Part shown: positions 1 to 12,169 of the stretch, one piece after another
Layout: each line of letters begins with the position of its first letter
Position numbering within the stretch: position 1 is the stretch's first letter
Assembly (NCBI GenBank): GCA_965655095.1
Contig: OZ296649.1
Span: forward strand, 15,996,001 to 16,060,000
Direction of reading: 5' to 3'
Source of the DNA: Haplodiscus bocki
Lineage: Eukaryota
DNA: 64,000 bases
Notes under the pieces: generated by a model
Seen by the model: the letters and a program-made list of their open reading frames with translations, nothing else
Told to the model about the DNA's origin: nothing
The model's database searches: none
Position numbers and translations under genes: made by a program

Positions 1-1980
1 TTGGAAGGGCTCGCAATGACCGAATTCATTGTGAATCGGTTGAAGAGCGCTGAGACTCGCGATTGGATGTCCTCTCGTCCCGCTCTGAAAAAGGCCATCC
101 TGACCAACGACTTGAGTATGCCACATCTTGTCAACGTCGTTGCCAACATCATCGGCGCTTGGCCCCTGATTGTCTCCTACTTGAGGAGACGGGACGCAAA
201 GACGATGGGGATAGTCTTGTGGTAAAGTCTCCCTCTTTTCTGGTCGTGTTGGTGCAGTTTCCCGTATCCGCATTCATTGTGCCGTGTTTCGTTTCAGAAG
301 AAGGGAATTGACGGGTACTTCTACATGGACCAAATGGAGCGAATGAAGTTCCGTCTGCTGCATCTCCTTCTTGAAATCTGTAAGCAGTCCCATATATCGT
401 TGTCTCGTGTGATTTGCAGGGGGTACATAGTGGTTCCGGGGAAATTTGCTAGTCGTCCCCTGGGAACACACTAGTACCGCTCCACCGTGATTCCTTGTTT
501 TCTTTCGGGTGAATTTTATGCATCATAGCAGTGCATGGGTGGGCGCAATCAATCTCGCCTTGTCTATGATACATGTTTCTGTTTCAATTGCCAATAATTT
601 TGTTCACTCTTCCACTGCAGCAGATGAGGGTCACCACGCTTTTGGAGAGTTGGCGCGATTCATATTTTGCCTGCTGCAGAAAGTCAAGAAAGCGTCCGCA
701 TTGCCTCTTGTTGAACAGTGGGAAGAGTACGTTGTTCCCAATCATTCTCGATTTCCAGCAATCGATGATAAAAACTTTCTTGTTGGTACCCGTGTGATGG
801 CTGCGTTGGGTAAAGTCGGTAGCCATTATTTGCAGAAGGAATTCCCTCGTGATGCGCGTCGGTTTCTAGAAGATTTGGTGAATTGCGTTCTTCCAACCGT
901 TGCTGCACGCTCCGTCATCGGACAGGGTTTAAGTTGCTTCTGTCCTGCAACTGTGGTTGGCGGGGACGATGTGGTTCCTTTACAACTCTTTAACAAGCTC
1001 TTGGATGGGCTGCTGGAGAAGGGTTGGACCAATGGGAGCGAAGTTGAGGCGTGCCGGGCTGAATACCAGTCTTTTGTGCAGGAACAGCGGCAGCTTGAGC
1101 GGTCGTCCACGAGGAGCCGCCCTGACGTAGGTGACGTCCTGTCGTTTTGTTCTGCACAGGCTGGTTTTAGCGCTCGTCGGCACCTGTATAAAGTATGTAT
1201 CGTAGCCAAGCAGGCTTGTGGTTTCAACCCCTGTGAGTTGTCTCATACTTTCATGCAGCTGTGTTTTTCAGGTGTTCCAGTTGACAACGCTTGTGATCCG
1301 TGGGTCTTCAACACAATGTGAAGATTTCACTATCAAAATGGATCGTGTCGCCATCAAAAAGGAGAAAGTGCGTGGTGTCCTGCTTTGTGTGCAGGACTTC
1401 GTCGGAGCCCGCACTTCACACAGAGGATATTCTTTTCTGAAACAGACTTTACTATGTTGTCCGAATCTGTTGCTATCGCTGATAGCATTACGTCGAGTCC
1501 TGTTTAGGCGCCATGGAGTGTTGTTGCATCTGCCTCTGCAAGCCAGGTCATTGCTGATATGTGCGCCTGTTGGGATCGGGTGGTGTTACGTCGTCGCTCT
1601 GCCAAGGATACAAGTGAGCGCTGGTATCATGGTGGCAACCCTCGGAGTGAAACAGCGTCAAGGCCAGGGTTGAGAAAATCAGACGTCGTTGAGGAGGGGC
1701 GCGTTGAGTACGTGTCAGTTGATGCGCCTGCTCTTGGTCCTCCTGGGCCAAGCAAAATCCGTTCTCCATTCTTCAAGTGGAAGAGAAAAATCACCCGTAG
1801 TCCAGTGAAGTTGCCACGGAGATTTGAAATCTCAAGTCCTCCAGCTAGTCCCCCCAAGGCGTTCTTTAGTAGAGGACCCAAGTTTTGCATCTGCTTTGGC
1901 TGCACCAGCTTCTCGCGGGAAGTCTCGTCGGAGTGGGCGTGATCGTCGTGCCGCTCCAGTATTTCAAATGGGCTTTTCAT
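1..1980 (+). pseudogene. Spliced, decayed gene; C-terminal part resembles hAT-family transposase dimerisation region (5' end outside window)
   Basis: ORF pieces 1-225, 277-474, 509-1321 and 1218-1673 join through short GT-AG introns. Intron 1193-1271 gives in-frame RRHLYK|VFQLTTLVIRGSSTQCEDF. Intron 380-419 joins into the frame of ORF 509, with two stops explainable by C>T changes. The motif LVIRGSSTQCE resembles hAT 'L..P.SSA.CER.FS'. Confidence 0.4.
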
Positions 1981-2379
1981 AACTCAGAATTTAAAAATTC
2001 ATGGTTGTCTTTTGTAGTTTGACAATTTTATTGATTTCCTCTCTTTGTGCCTCGTCAAACTGCCTTTTGTATTAGTGTTTGACCTTGATTGTATATATAT
2101 TGTAGTCTGTTAGTCTAGAAAACAAATGAAAGAATAATTGAATAGTAGAGGAGAACCGGCCACATATGGAGAAACAAAATTTTATTGAATTTAGTGTTAG
2201 TGGCCGTGTTTTGAAATAGTTCAGACTGGGTAGCAAATGAGTAAGTCACCAGGGAGTAGCCACAGTAGAAGTGTGTAAGAAAAATTTGGGCTCCCACGTG
2301 TGTGCCACGTAGCGCGTTCCTTGAATTTGTGGAGCGACTACGTGCGCGCTACGTGGAACACACTTGTTGAGCGAACAAG

Positions 2380-5300
2380 CTAATATCGGTAGTCGTCATT
2401 GCAGTTAGGCTTGGGGTTATGACGCAAGTTGTATTTGGAACTGCAGGGATCGGTCGGACTATTTTGCGGTTGTTCCGAGGTCGATTCCACATCAGGTTCC
2501 ATATGTGGACACGTATCTGTTACGTCACTGACCTCGTCTGTGCAGAGGAAAATCTCTGCGGAACACACATGTGGATTTCCTGGTGTGTTCCTTGTTTCCT
2601 CCGTTGAATAGTCAGACTGTAGTGGAATTTCTTGAGTATTGGGTGGTGCCGCTTTATCGTTCTCGGCGTCGAAAATTGGCTGCTCAAAGTCATACTACCA
2701 CGCTTTTGCATATAAATCGTCGTGATGAAGACTCACTTCGGGATCGGATTTACATTCTTGAGGATTGACTGCTATGTCAGCTGGTGGCTGGCGGGGTGTG
2801 AACTGACGCATTTTCATCCGATGAAGAACTTGCGTCTTGTTGGTGCCAATTTTGCGTACCAAATAATTATTGTTGGGTAATACTTTTTCGAGAATATACG
2901 GGCCAATGCATCGGAATTCCGTGAATGGAATTTTGCTGCCTTGATGATCGGCTTTTGTATGCAAAATGTATACATACTCTGCTTGTTTAAGTTTTGAAGC
3001 GTTGGCTTTTTTGTCATAATAGGCCTTTTATTTAATGTACGCTTGCATGGTATTCTTGCGAACATCTTGATGGATCATTTCTGTTTGTTCAAGAACTTCT
3101 TGGGCAATTTGCGAGGTAGGAATGGGCTGCTGCAGTGGGTGAATTCTTAATTTTAAATCCAATACATTGTAAGGAATTCTGCCGTGAAAGACTCGGCTTG
3201 GCTCACAGCCAATACTTGTGTGGTAGGAAGTGTTGTATTTGAGGACTGCAATGTTAATGTATTTGTGCCACAATGATCTCCGCTCGCCTGTCTCAATCTT
3301 CAATGCTTGTTTGATTGACGCGTGACATCACTCAAGCAGCCAAGTTGCTTGAGCGTGCTTTGTAGTGGAGTGCTTTAGAGTAATGCCAAGGACGCCGGCC
3401 ACTTCTTCGATTACATGTTACAAAAAGGCTGTACCTTTATCTGAGATGAGCGTCGTTGGTAAGTAGGCGTGCTTAGTCATGATGTTAACTAAGACTTTAG
3501 CAAATGTTTTGGCGTCCTGATTTGATGTCGGGTATGCAAATGAATAGCAGGAAAACACATCCATAGCTGTCACAATGTTTTCATAACCACCAGATGGCGG
3601 TAATTCTGGCACCAAATCAATTTGCATGGCACCTTCGGGCGCAGTAATGTGCTCGTTTTGGTTTTGCAGGGGAGGGCGGGTGAAGCTACGATCAATACGT
3701 GATTCGCTAATACATTGCTCACATGACATGACCCACTCCCTGATTAGTTGCGCCATTTTCGGAAAATAATATTTTTCCCTGTAAGCAATTATTGTTTTAT
3801 AAATTCCTGGGTGCTTGCCAAATTCTCCACGCAAGCTGCGTAGAATTTCTTTAACTAACTGCTTGGGGATAAGATTTTGGCAGTATTTGACGCTACTTGT
3901 TTCTCCAAAAAATTTCTTGAACAGTAGGCCATCTTTAAGAATTATGCGGTCTTCATTTGCCTTGTAATCTTTGTATCATGAGTCTGTCATTAATAACACT
4001 TCATCGTACGGTTGGCCTAGAATTTTCGATTTCATGTTCTTCAGCACAAGATCGACATCCTGCTCTACTCGTATTTTTGCATTTGCTTTTATTCCGTTGA
4101 TGGAATACGACGTAGTGTTCCCGTCGATCTTTGTGAATTCTTTCACACTTGTCTTCACGGCGGGTGAATCTTCATTTGCTGCCCATTGCTTCGCATTTTG
4201 TCGTGATTGTTCATTTCGTTCAAGGGTCTGTTCTTCTGATTCATTAGTGTTGTCTGCGCGTGTGAAGAAGAATTGTTCTTCGTCAGCGACATCAGAGGAA
4301 GAGGCCGTCACTTCAATAGGTCTTGTGTGGATATCCTCCCTGATTTTGAGACGTATCTTCTCCGTAACTTTAAGTTCGAGTCTGGAAAGAAGGTCAGCTG
4401 CTGTGTTGACTGATCCAGCAAGGTGTGCTATTTTAAAGTTGAATTGCAACACATAATCACATGCATTCCAGAGTGTCGGTGGGATTGTCTTTTTTTGGAA
4501 AAAACGGGTGGCAGACTTCTTGTCTGTTAAGACAATTGTTGGCTTTGTTGCTTCCCATAAAATGTGTGCAAACTCGGGAAATGCCATATAGATTGCCAGA
4601 ATCTTTTTTGAGTATATGGACATCTTGAGTTGTGCAGGTGAGAAATTTTTTGAGCTAAATGCCACGGGGGCATACGTTTTCCGCTTTGACTGTATTTTCT
4701 GATTAGGATTGTCTTCGATCATTCGGGCATATCCTGCTCTTCTGAAGCTGGCATCCGTCATTAAGACGAGCTGTTTTCCTGGAATGGGTTGTTTCAATGC
4801 TAATTCACAAGCATCACTGAGAGCTTTATTGACTGAATCAAATATTTCTTTCAGTTCTGACGTAATATTGATTGGCACTTCCGTTTTAAGCAATTATTAG
4901 AACGGATCAAGTTTTTCAGCCGTTCTGAGAATACAATTTCTGTAGTAGTTCACGAAACCCAGATAGCGCTGTAGTGCCTTTTGCGATTTTGGGAAACTGA
5001 GTTTATCAAGGAAATTTTGAATTTTCCCAGCTTGCGGTGAGATTCCTTCTGGTGAAATTGTTCTTCCTAAGAACTCAGCTTGTCTGACTCCAAAATGACT
5101 TTTTTCAATTGTCAGTTTCAATCCTGCTTGGCGAACGCACTTGAAGACTGCCCGACTGTTCCGGGTAAGGTCCGTGGCATTATTGGCTGCAATTCCAATG
5201 TCGTCTACGTATTGAGCACATTGGTCAGCTTTGACGACTGGGTCCAAGTACTCGCGCTTGAAACTTGAAAAAGCAGACACAGGTGTGCTAAGACCTTGTG

Positions 5301-7382
5301 CAAGTCTTTTGTAGGCAAAAGTTCTGCTAGCGAAATTGGATGCAAGCTTCTCTACTGAGCGTTGGTCAGCCATCTGCAGACAGTGACAAGCTTGTGAGCC
5401 ATCTAGTTTGCAGAACAGTGACTTCCCTGCCAAGTGTTGTGCTGCATCTGACAGAGTGCTAACTGGATGGTTTTTGTTAGTATAGTCATCTGCAATCAGA
5501 CTGTTGATTTTCCGTAGACCCACAAGGAGACGCAATTTCCCGTTGGGCTTCCTTTGCGCGAATATGGGGCTAGCGTACTTGGTGAAGGGCAGTACTGTGA
5601 TGATTCCATATCTGTCCATTAGAGCCAATTCGACAATTAGGTGTTCTTTCAGGTGGTTCGGCATTGGTAGACTTTGGCTATAGACAACTTTATCATCTTT
5701 GGGAATTAATTTCAGCTTGAATTCCGTGTTCATCCCAATCTCCTTTCTGTGTCTGGCGAAAATGTCGTGATAATCAACCAGAATATCTTCAATTGCTTGT
5801 TTTCCATTTCTGTAAGAAGTGTATCGGTCCAATCAAGTTGTTTGAGAAATTTGTTTCGAGATTCTGTGCTCTCTTGTGGATTGAGTTTTTTTTTGTCTTT
5901 CAGTTCATTCAATTCTTTGAGGATTCTTGTCTGTATTGGAGTATAATCCTCAGGCTTTCCAGGATTTTCAGGTGTTGAGAACCAGAACGTGATGTCTTGC
6001 TGCTCGGGTTTATTCGTTCTGAGAAGTTCATTTAAGTAGGCAGTCAGGTCAGGATCGCCTTGTGGAATCATACTGAGGATTGCCATATCTACTGGTTTGA
6101 TGTGCTTGCACTGCTCCGAAGTAACCACGGAGAATTCTGTGTGTGTTTTTTTGATGAGATATGGTGATTCCGTTGTATTGGTCACTCTGACTGCTATTCT
6201 TTTGTCAATTATTGTCGACATTGAGTGGGAAATAAGCAGACTTGCTGTTTCCGTAAACTTCTCCAACGGTGTCACAGTGCTTGTAGTGTTCCATTTGGTT
6301 GGGTGGTCAATAAAGGCTGTGATTGTTTTTGGTGCCGTTGGTGGTATGGTCAGGGTTCCGTCAGTGGTGACTGGTTGCGGTTTGGTGGTTGTCTCACTTG
6401 AGGCTGTTTTAACTTGCATCGTCAAGTGGGGGAAAAGTATAAGTCCGTGTGTCGTGTCAATGACTACACTGTTGTTCCTCATGAAAAGCAATCCTAATAT
6501 TGGCCCTGTCAACTTCTTCATAACGACGAAATGTTCGGCAATTGAATTATCTCCAGTTTCAAATTTTAGTGTGGCTGTTGATAATGGTTTTTCTAACTGG
6601 CCATTGGCTACTTGTTTTTGAAAATTGGGAGGGTCGTCGATTTTGATAATATTGTTGGGGACTTTCTGTTTGATTGTTTCCGAGTCATCCTGGGCGATTG
6701 CACTGACAAATGCTCCTGAGTCCACCAGAGCATCTATCGTTAGGTTATTCTCAAAATCCAGAGGCACATAGAGCATTTCTTGCTTTCTTTTCAAGACTAC
6801 TGTAGAGGTTAATGGGAGATATACCTCATTTGTTTGTTCGTCTCCCACCAGCCCTTCTTCAAGTAGTGGGGTTGCAGTGGTGAGAGGTGGAATCGTTGTA
6901 CCTCCATTAGGGGTAGTCACTACGTGCTGTTCTGTATTTTGGATATTGGTAGAAGAATTCTTGGAGCAGTCAAGGAACGGTACTAGCTCATTCCCTGTTT
7001 GGTTTCCTGAAGACTGTTCCGTGGTGTCCACGTGGTTTTGTGGTTGGGTTCCCTTGGGTGGTAACGTTTGATTTGCTACATTTGTCTTTAGAGTCGAGTC
7101 ATTAGTAGTATTATTTAAATTGTCTTGGTTTGCAACGTTCTCCGTAGGTTGCTGCCAGACAACCTCAGGAAATGGTGCAAGTTTGAATATTTCACTTGTC
7201 TCCGGTCTGTCACTTGCAGCTCCGGAGTGAAGACGTGGCGTTTTTAGTTTAAAGCTTGGGCTGCAGCTTGGACTTTCCCATCTGAGTTGTTTTCTGCATT
7301 TGTTTGCTGGACTTGGTTTTGTCCATCTGGGCGTCGATTTCGGGGAGGCGGTCTGTTTGCTGCATTTGCCCCAAGGTAGCAT
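2380..7382 (-). pseudogene. pol: pol polyprotein (protease, RT, RNase H, integrase) with stops and frameshifts
   Basis: Protease LVDSGA (ORF 5730-7382); RT YVDD (4897-5832); RNase H LMTDASF (3976-4893); integrase zinc-finger residues (HPG...CEQC) and QIDLVP..ISDKG (3418-3834); GPY motif (2695-2964). IN lies after RH, which is Gypsy order. Confidence 0.93.
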
Positions 7383-8903
7383 TTCTCTGTGGAGCGGTTA
7401 TTTCTACCACATTTCTCACAGGGTGGAATGACAGGTCTCGATTTTCTGTCTCTGTGATTATTTTTATTGTTTCCCTTGGTATTGTTTGTAACTTTGTTGT
7501 TGTTGGGGTTAGAGTTTGTTTGGGCGCTTCCATTGTTGTTATTGGCACTATTTGTGTTATTTCGTGTTTGGTCTTTCTCTCGTTTGAGCTGACGACACTG
7601 ATTTTGATAGTGACCTGGTTTTTTACAATGGTGGCACGTTGGTCTGTGTTTGTTAGAATTTTGCTGTGGAGCTTGTTGCGTCACAGTGTTTATGGGCATT
7701 TCATCTGGAGTTTCCGAACCATTTAATTCTAACTCCCTTTCAAGATGCGCCACAATCTGTTCTTACGTGCCGTTTTCCAAATGCGCCTGGTTAATTGATT
7801 TCTTCAGGTGCTGAGGCATTTTGGCATAGATGAATTGTTCGATGATCGCTTGAGCTGCAACTCGGAATGAGTCTTTCGCCAGTTTCTGGAGCTCATCTAG
7901 AAAATCAGTTACCTTCCGGTTAGCGGGGTTAAAGATCAGCCGTTGAAACTTGTGTTTTGCTGTAGCCATTGACTGGGGTTTCACGTACTTTCTACGGAAC
8001 ACAGTCATGACTTCTCCCAAATTCTCTCTATTAGGGATAGTGATGTTTTGGAACGTCTGTAGAGCATCATCACGCATGAGAGAGTGGAAGTAGTTAAAGA
8101 TGTCTTCCTGCGTTAGCTGATTATGGATTTTCAAACTCGTTTGGAACAGATCTTCAAACAGTTCGAATTTCTCTGATTTCCCATCAAACGTAGGCATTGT
8201 CGTTTTGAGGGATTTAGGCACCTTCGATATTCGGCTAATGTTGTTACTGAAATTGGCTGAATTGGAGTAGTCCACAACCAAACCATTAGCGTCCAAGAAT
8301 TATCCATTACTTATCCCAAAATTAGGCATTAGAAACACTTCTCTTGAAACAGACTTGCAGTGCTATTTTTAAGCATCAGCAATTTTAGGTGCAAGTGCGT
8401 TTGCATGTTTAAATGTGCACTTTAATTGAAAACAATCTCGTTCCTAACAATGTCAAATCATTTTAGCTGTAATTGTGAGGGTAGGTTTCGGTCACCATGT
8501 GCGAATTGGTTTCTGCCTCTGGGCTTTGGAGTTGACCAGAGTGGTGAGGAAAGTACCCCACTTCGGGGTAGGGATCGTTTGAGGAGCGATCCCCATGAGT
8601 TTCTCGGTTTTCTGAATTAGAGTCTCCGGACGTTCTGTGAGCGGCTACAGAACAAGTCCGAATTTGTGGGCTCAGAAGGAACTTTTGCAGTTTCGATAAA
8701 GCACCCAAGATACGTGACTCTATTTTGCTGAACTCCTTAGAGATTTTCTTAGTTACCCTCCTCTCAATCTGCTCGGAGACTTGGGAGATGTAATCTTGGG
8801 TTAACTCAGGGTCAAGTACAGTCTGTCCTCTACTGCTTTAACTGCCTTCAGGCGTTTCTCGTGAAACTGCCGCTAATTTCCTCTTGTTTCTCAATGTTGC
8901 CAT
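7244..8903 (-). pseudogene. gag: gag with CCHC zinc knuckle(s), interrupted
   Basis: Starts MATLRNKRKL at 8903. Capsid-like segment MPTFDGKSEKFELFEDLF (7763-8296). Knuckle CHHCKKPGHYQNQC and a degenerate CEKCGRNNRSTEKC (7244-7753). Its end overlaps the pol frame. Confidence 0.88.
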
Positions 8904-9997
8904 ACTTCTCGAAGGAAAATCTTGTCCGTGGTGAAGACTGAATTTATTTGTATTTTGTATTAATAAATGGTCTCCTCTAAATCTGAAGGAAAGAGTTCCA
9001 ACAGTTCAAACAGTCAAAAGGGTGATTTCCAAAGAATAACAATACTCAAAGTTGCAATACTTTATGAAAGGTACAATACCGAACGAATACATTTTATATA
9101 ATAATAATTGTACTTTCAGTTTTCCTATTTATACCTTTCCTTGGCGGTAAACATAATTGTTTACACGCCAGATCAAGGTACAAATAGGGAAAAGTACTTT
9201 TATCATATTATTTATCAAAGAAAAGGGATGCCGACTCTGGCCGGAAAAAAACACCCTTCCGTCCATTTCTTCCCTCACGGACCGCGTCTCTCCCATCTTT
9301 CGACAGGAGGGAAGTGCGGTCCGATGCGACGGAAATGGACATCAAAAGTGGTTATTCCCGCGACCACACAATAAACAAAAACATAAACAAAATATCAAAG
9401 TTATTTCCATACAGGGAATAAATACTATAATACAAGATAAAAATTAATCTGAAGTATGGAAAAATTAGGTTTATAATATAAAAAGATTCATGATTACATG
9501 CTGCATCAATTAAAACCACTGTTTGGAACAAACTAGGCCTATTTGCTAGCCCGTTCTACGTTTCTACCAGCTCAGGCTTCACTTTGGCCGGAGCGTTTAG
9601 TGGCAGCTACGTAGCCGCTTGTGGCACTGCCTTCCGCAGTGCTACTGAGGAGAATGATTCTGGTGGCTACGTAGACGTCCCGTGTCCGTCCAAATTGAAA
9701 CAGCGTAGTAGCACAGCGGATTGGCCGAAATTCTGGTGACGTCACCAGATTAGTTACGACGGAACCGATACGGAACAAATATTCACTTTTAAAGTCAAGC
9801 TCTGTTCTAATAGTTAAGCTATTGAAAATATGTTAGAACTGTCAATCTAAATAGATTACTGCACAATCAAAAAGGTGGATTTATATAATAATTAGTTAGA
9901 TTATTTATATAAAATAGCACCTAAAAGTAATATAAAATATACAGTTATTATTCGTTTGCTCCGCACTTATTCCGTCCCAATAAGGATCAGTTCACCA

Positions 9998-10273
9998 GAA
10001 TTACACGTATCGGATACGTGCTTTTACATGGAATAAATATTATGGGACGATACGTAACTAATACGTATCGTCCACATAAATTACATGTGTACGTACTAGG
10101 TGGATACGTATCTACTACGTATCCTTAAAAAAAATTAATGAGTAAATGATGCAATAAATGTTTGAGTAGGTAAGTTTGAGTGTTTCTACAGTTCTAATTC
10201 CTGCTTGATGGACCTGCGATGTCCTTTACTGCTGGGATCGTCTGACCGCAGGCTTTGCAGACGTGCTGCGACA
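9998..10273 (-). repeat. 5' LTR of element A (starts TGTCGC), followed by putative PBS TGGTGAACTGATCC (9984-9997)
   Basis: Homologous to 41019-41269. Homology ends exactly at TGTCGC in both copies, and a TGG-initiated conserved motif follows in both. Confidence 0.7.
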
Positions 10274-12169
10274 GTAATTGATGCCATTTTGAAGCTAGCC
10301 TAAGAGCAGAAACTTCCAAAAGTTGAATGGTAAAATTTGAGTCTTCTCCAAGTTAGAATTGCAAGAAAATTACGGAGATAAATACGGATAAATACAAGAA
10401 GAGATTCTCCGAACAGAGTAGGTGAAAAAATTACCAATCATTTTCAAATCATTCATGCAGTTTGACAAGCGTTTAGTTTAAATTTTTCTTTTAATAAAGT
10501 TTGAAAATGCAACGGAACTTCTCCACTAACCGAAACATGCAAAATTTCCACTAAATTCTTGGAGACATTTCAATTCATTCTCATTTTCATCATTGTCAAG
10601 GTAGCAAACATCAATGTTAGTGGAATGACATCTTCGGCGCAAGAGCTCAACTTCTTCCCTCTAAGTGGGACATTTCTGCCCTGGATTATTTCCAAAAAAA
10701 AACACTTTGCAAACCATTGTATTTTTTTGCCTAATTTTTGCTCAATACTAGTTGGAATCATCCGTGCCAATAGAATGTTCGTGGGAGTAGCGACAGTAAC
10801 AATGACTTCCATTTTAAACAGTACTCTTGGAAAAACAATTGACCACTTCAGAAGGTTTTGTTTCTTTTTGTTGTTTTAAGATCTCCAGAATCAACGGAAT
10901 TCTATAAAAATTCGAAATTCGACAAAACTGGCATGGCTTCTCTGTGCCTGCGTAATAGTGAAGACGTTTATTCCCTCAAGCTACATATTTTGGTTTTAGA
11001 AATCTTTTGGACCGTAAGAAGATGGAACAGATGAAATATTTGCTGTCCGTTTGTTCTACAAATGGGAAAAAACAGAATTTTCCGCCTCACGATAAGAGGT
11101 TCTTCAAATCAGTTCAAAAAAACTTGAACAAGTTGCAAAAAATACATTCCTAATCCAAGAAAAATCAGCGCTGCTTTAAAAAGTTACCAAAAAAGAATGT
11201 ACAGCGCCGAATCAAAAATGGAACAGCGCTGATGATTTTTGAATCAGCTAATCAGCGCTAAATCTCTGAGATTTCAAACCTGGTTGCAAAGGAGATTGTT
11301 TAAAACGTGTTTTAAGTTCACATTTAGTTTTAAACGAAAAGGAGGCTGATGAAAATACAGACTTAGTACTGACAACGTTATTGAAGATGAAGCTGTTACT
11401 AGAATTTATTACTGGGAGAATAAAATGTTCAGATTTATTGCTTTTGGTCTCAAGCACTCACTGCATACGCGTGCAAAGTGTACAAAGTGTAATTCGTTGT
11501 GAGAACGATTTTGTTCCTCTTGTCTCCAGCACGAAAGAACTCCACCAGACTATGGAAGCACAAAAACTATCTCGACAACTAAAAAATGTTAATTTCCTGT
11601 TAAAACTACTAACGATCTCAATGAAAGTCAACAGGAAAAGGCCAATGTAGTCACTGCTGTGAGAACCTGAAAAGTTTCAGGAAAAGTACTTGGGCTACGT
11701 TGGAGAACTTGGTTGAGAAAAGAAACGCAGCAAAAAAACTGTCGCCTGACTCTTGGTATGCAGCAAACTTATTGCATTCTAAAACTGAAGGACAAATCTG
11801 TCAAGAGCAACTGAAAGTTTTCATCAGTGCTGATCAGTTGGCTTTAGGAAAACTATGATCGCAAACATCAAATTTTCAATTACAACGGTGTTAGAAAAAT
11901 ATGTTCTTTTGAAAGTGCAAAAACATTCCGGAAAGAAAGTTGATACCTGTATCTGAATTCAGGTGAAAAATTGTGTGAGAAAAGACCATACATTACGTAA
12001 CCGAAAACAGACTGTTTACTCTTATACGGTTGCACAACTGAACCGAAGACCTACCATATGATACAAAACTTGAATCGTAAATTGAAGATTCAATTTATTG
12101 AATAACGTTACATACTAGATGATCTTTAATTTACCATTGCAACTGTTTGTTGTTGTAACCGAGAATAAA

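Larger units (their letters stand above)
2115..10273 (-). mobile_element. Ty3/Gypsy LTR retrotransposon (element A), decayed; 3' LTR not found in window
   Basis: Order on the minus strand is LTR-PBS-leader-gag-PR-RT-RNaseH-IN. The 5' boundary is defined by loss of homology with the second copy at 41269. The 3' limit is approximate. Confidence 0.92.

Noticed and set aside
3971-7726. Plus-strand ORFs overlapping pol/gag (e.g. 3971-4456, 6097-6621, 7304-7726)
   Set aside because: Antisense shadows of the retroelement coding strand.
11160-11284. CAGCGCTG-rich block, similar to 36325-36440
   Set aside because: Likely the ends of a dispersed non-autonomous transposon family, but boundaries and partners could not be defined.
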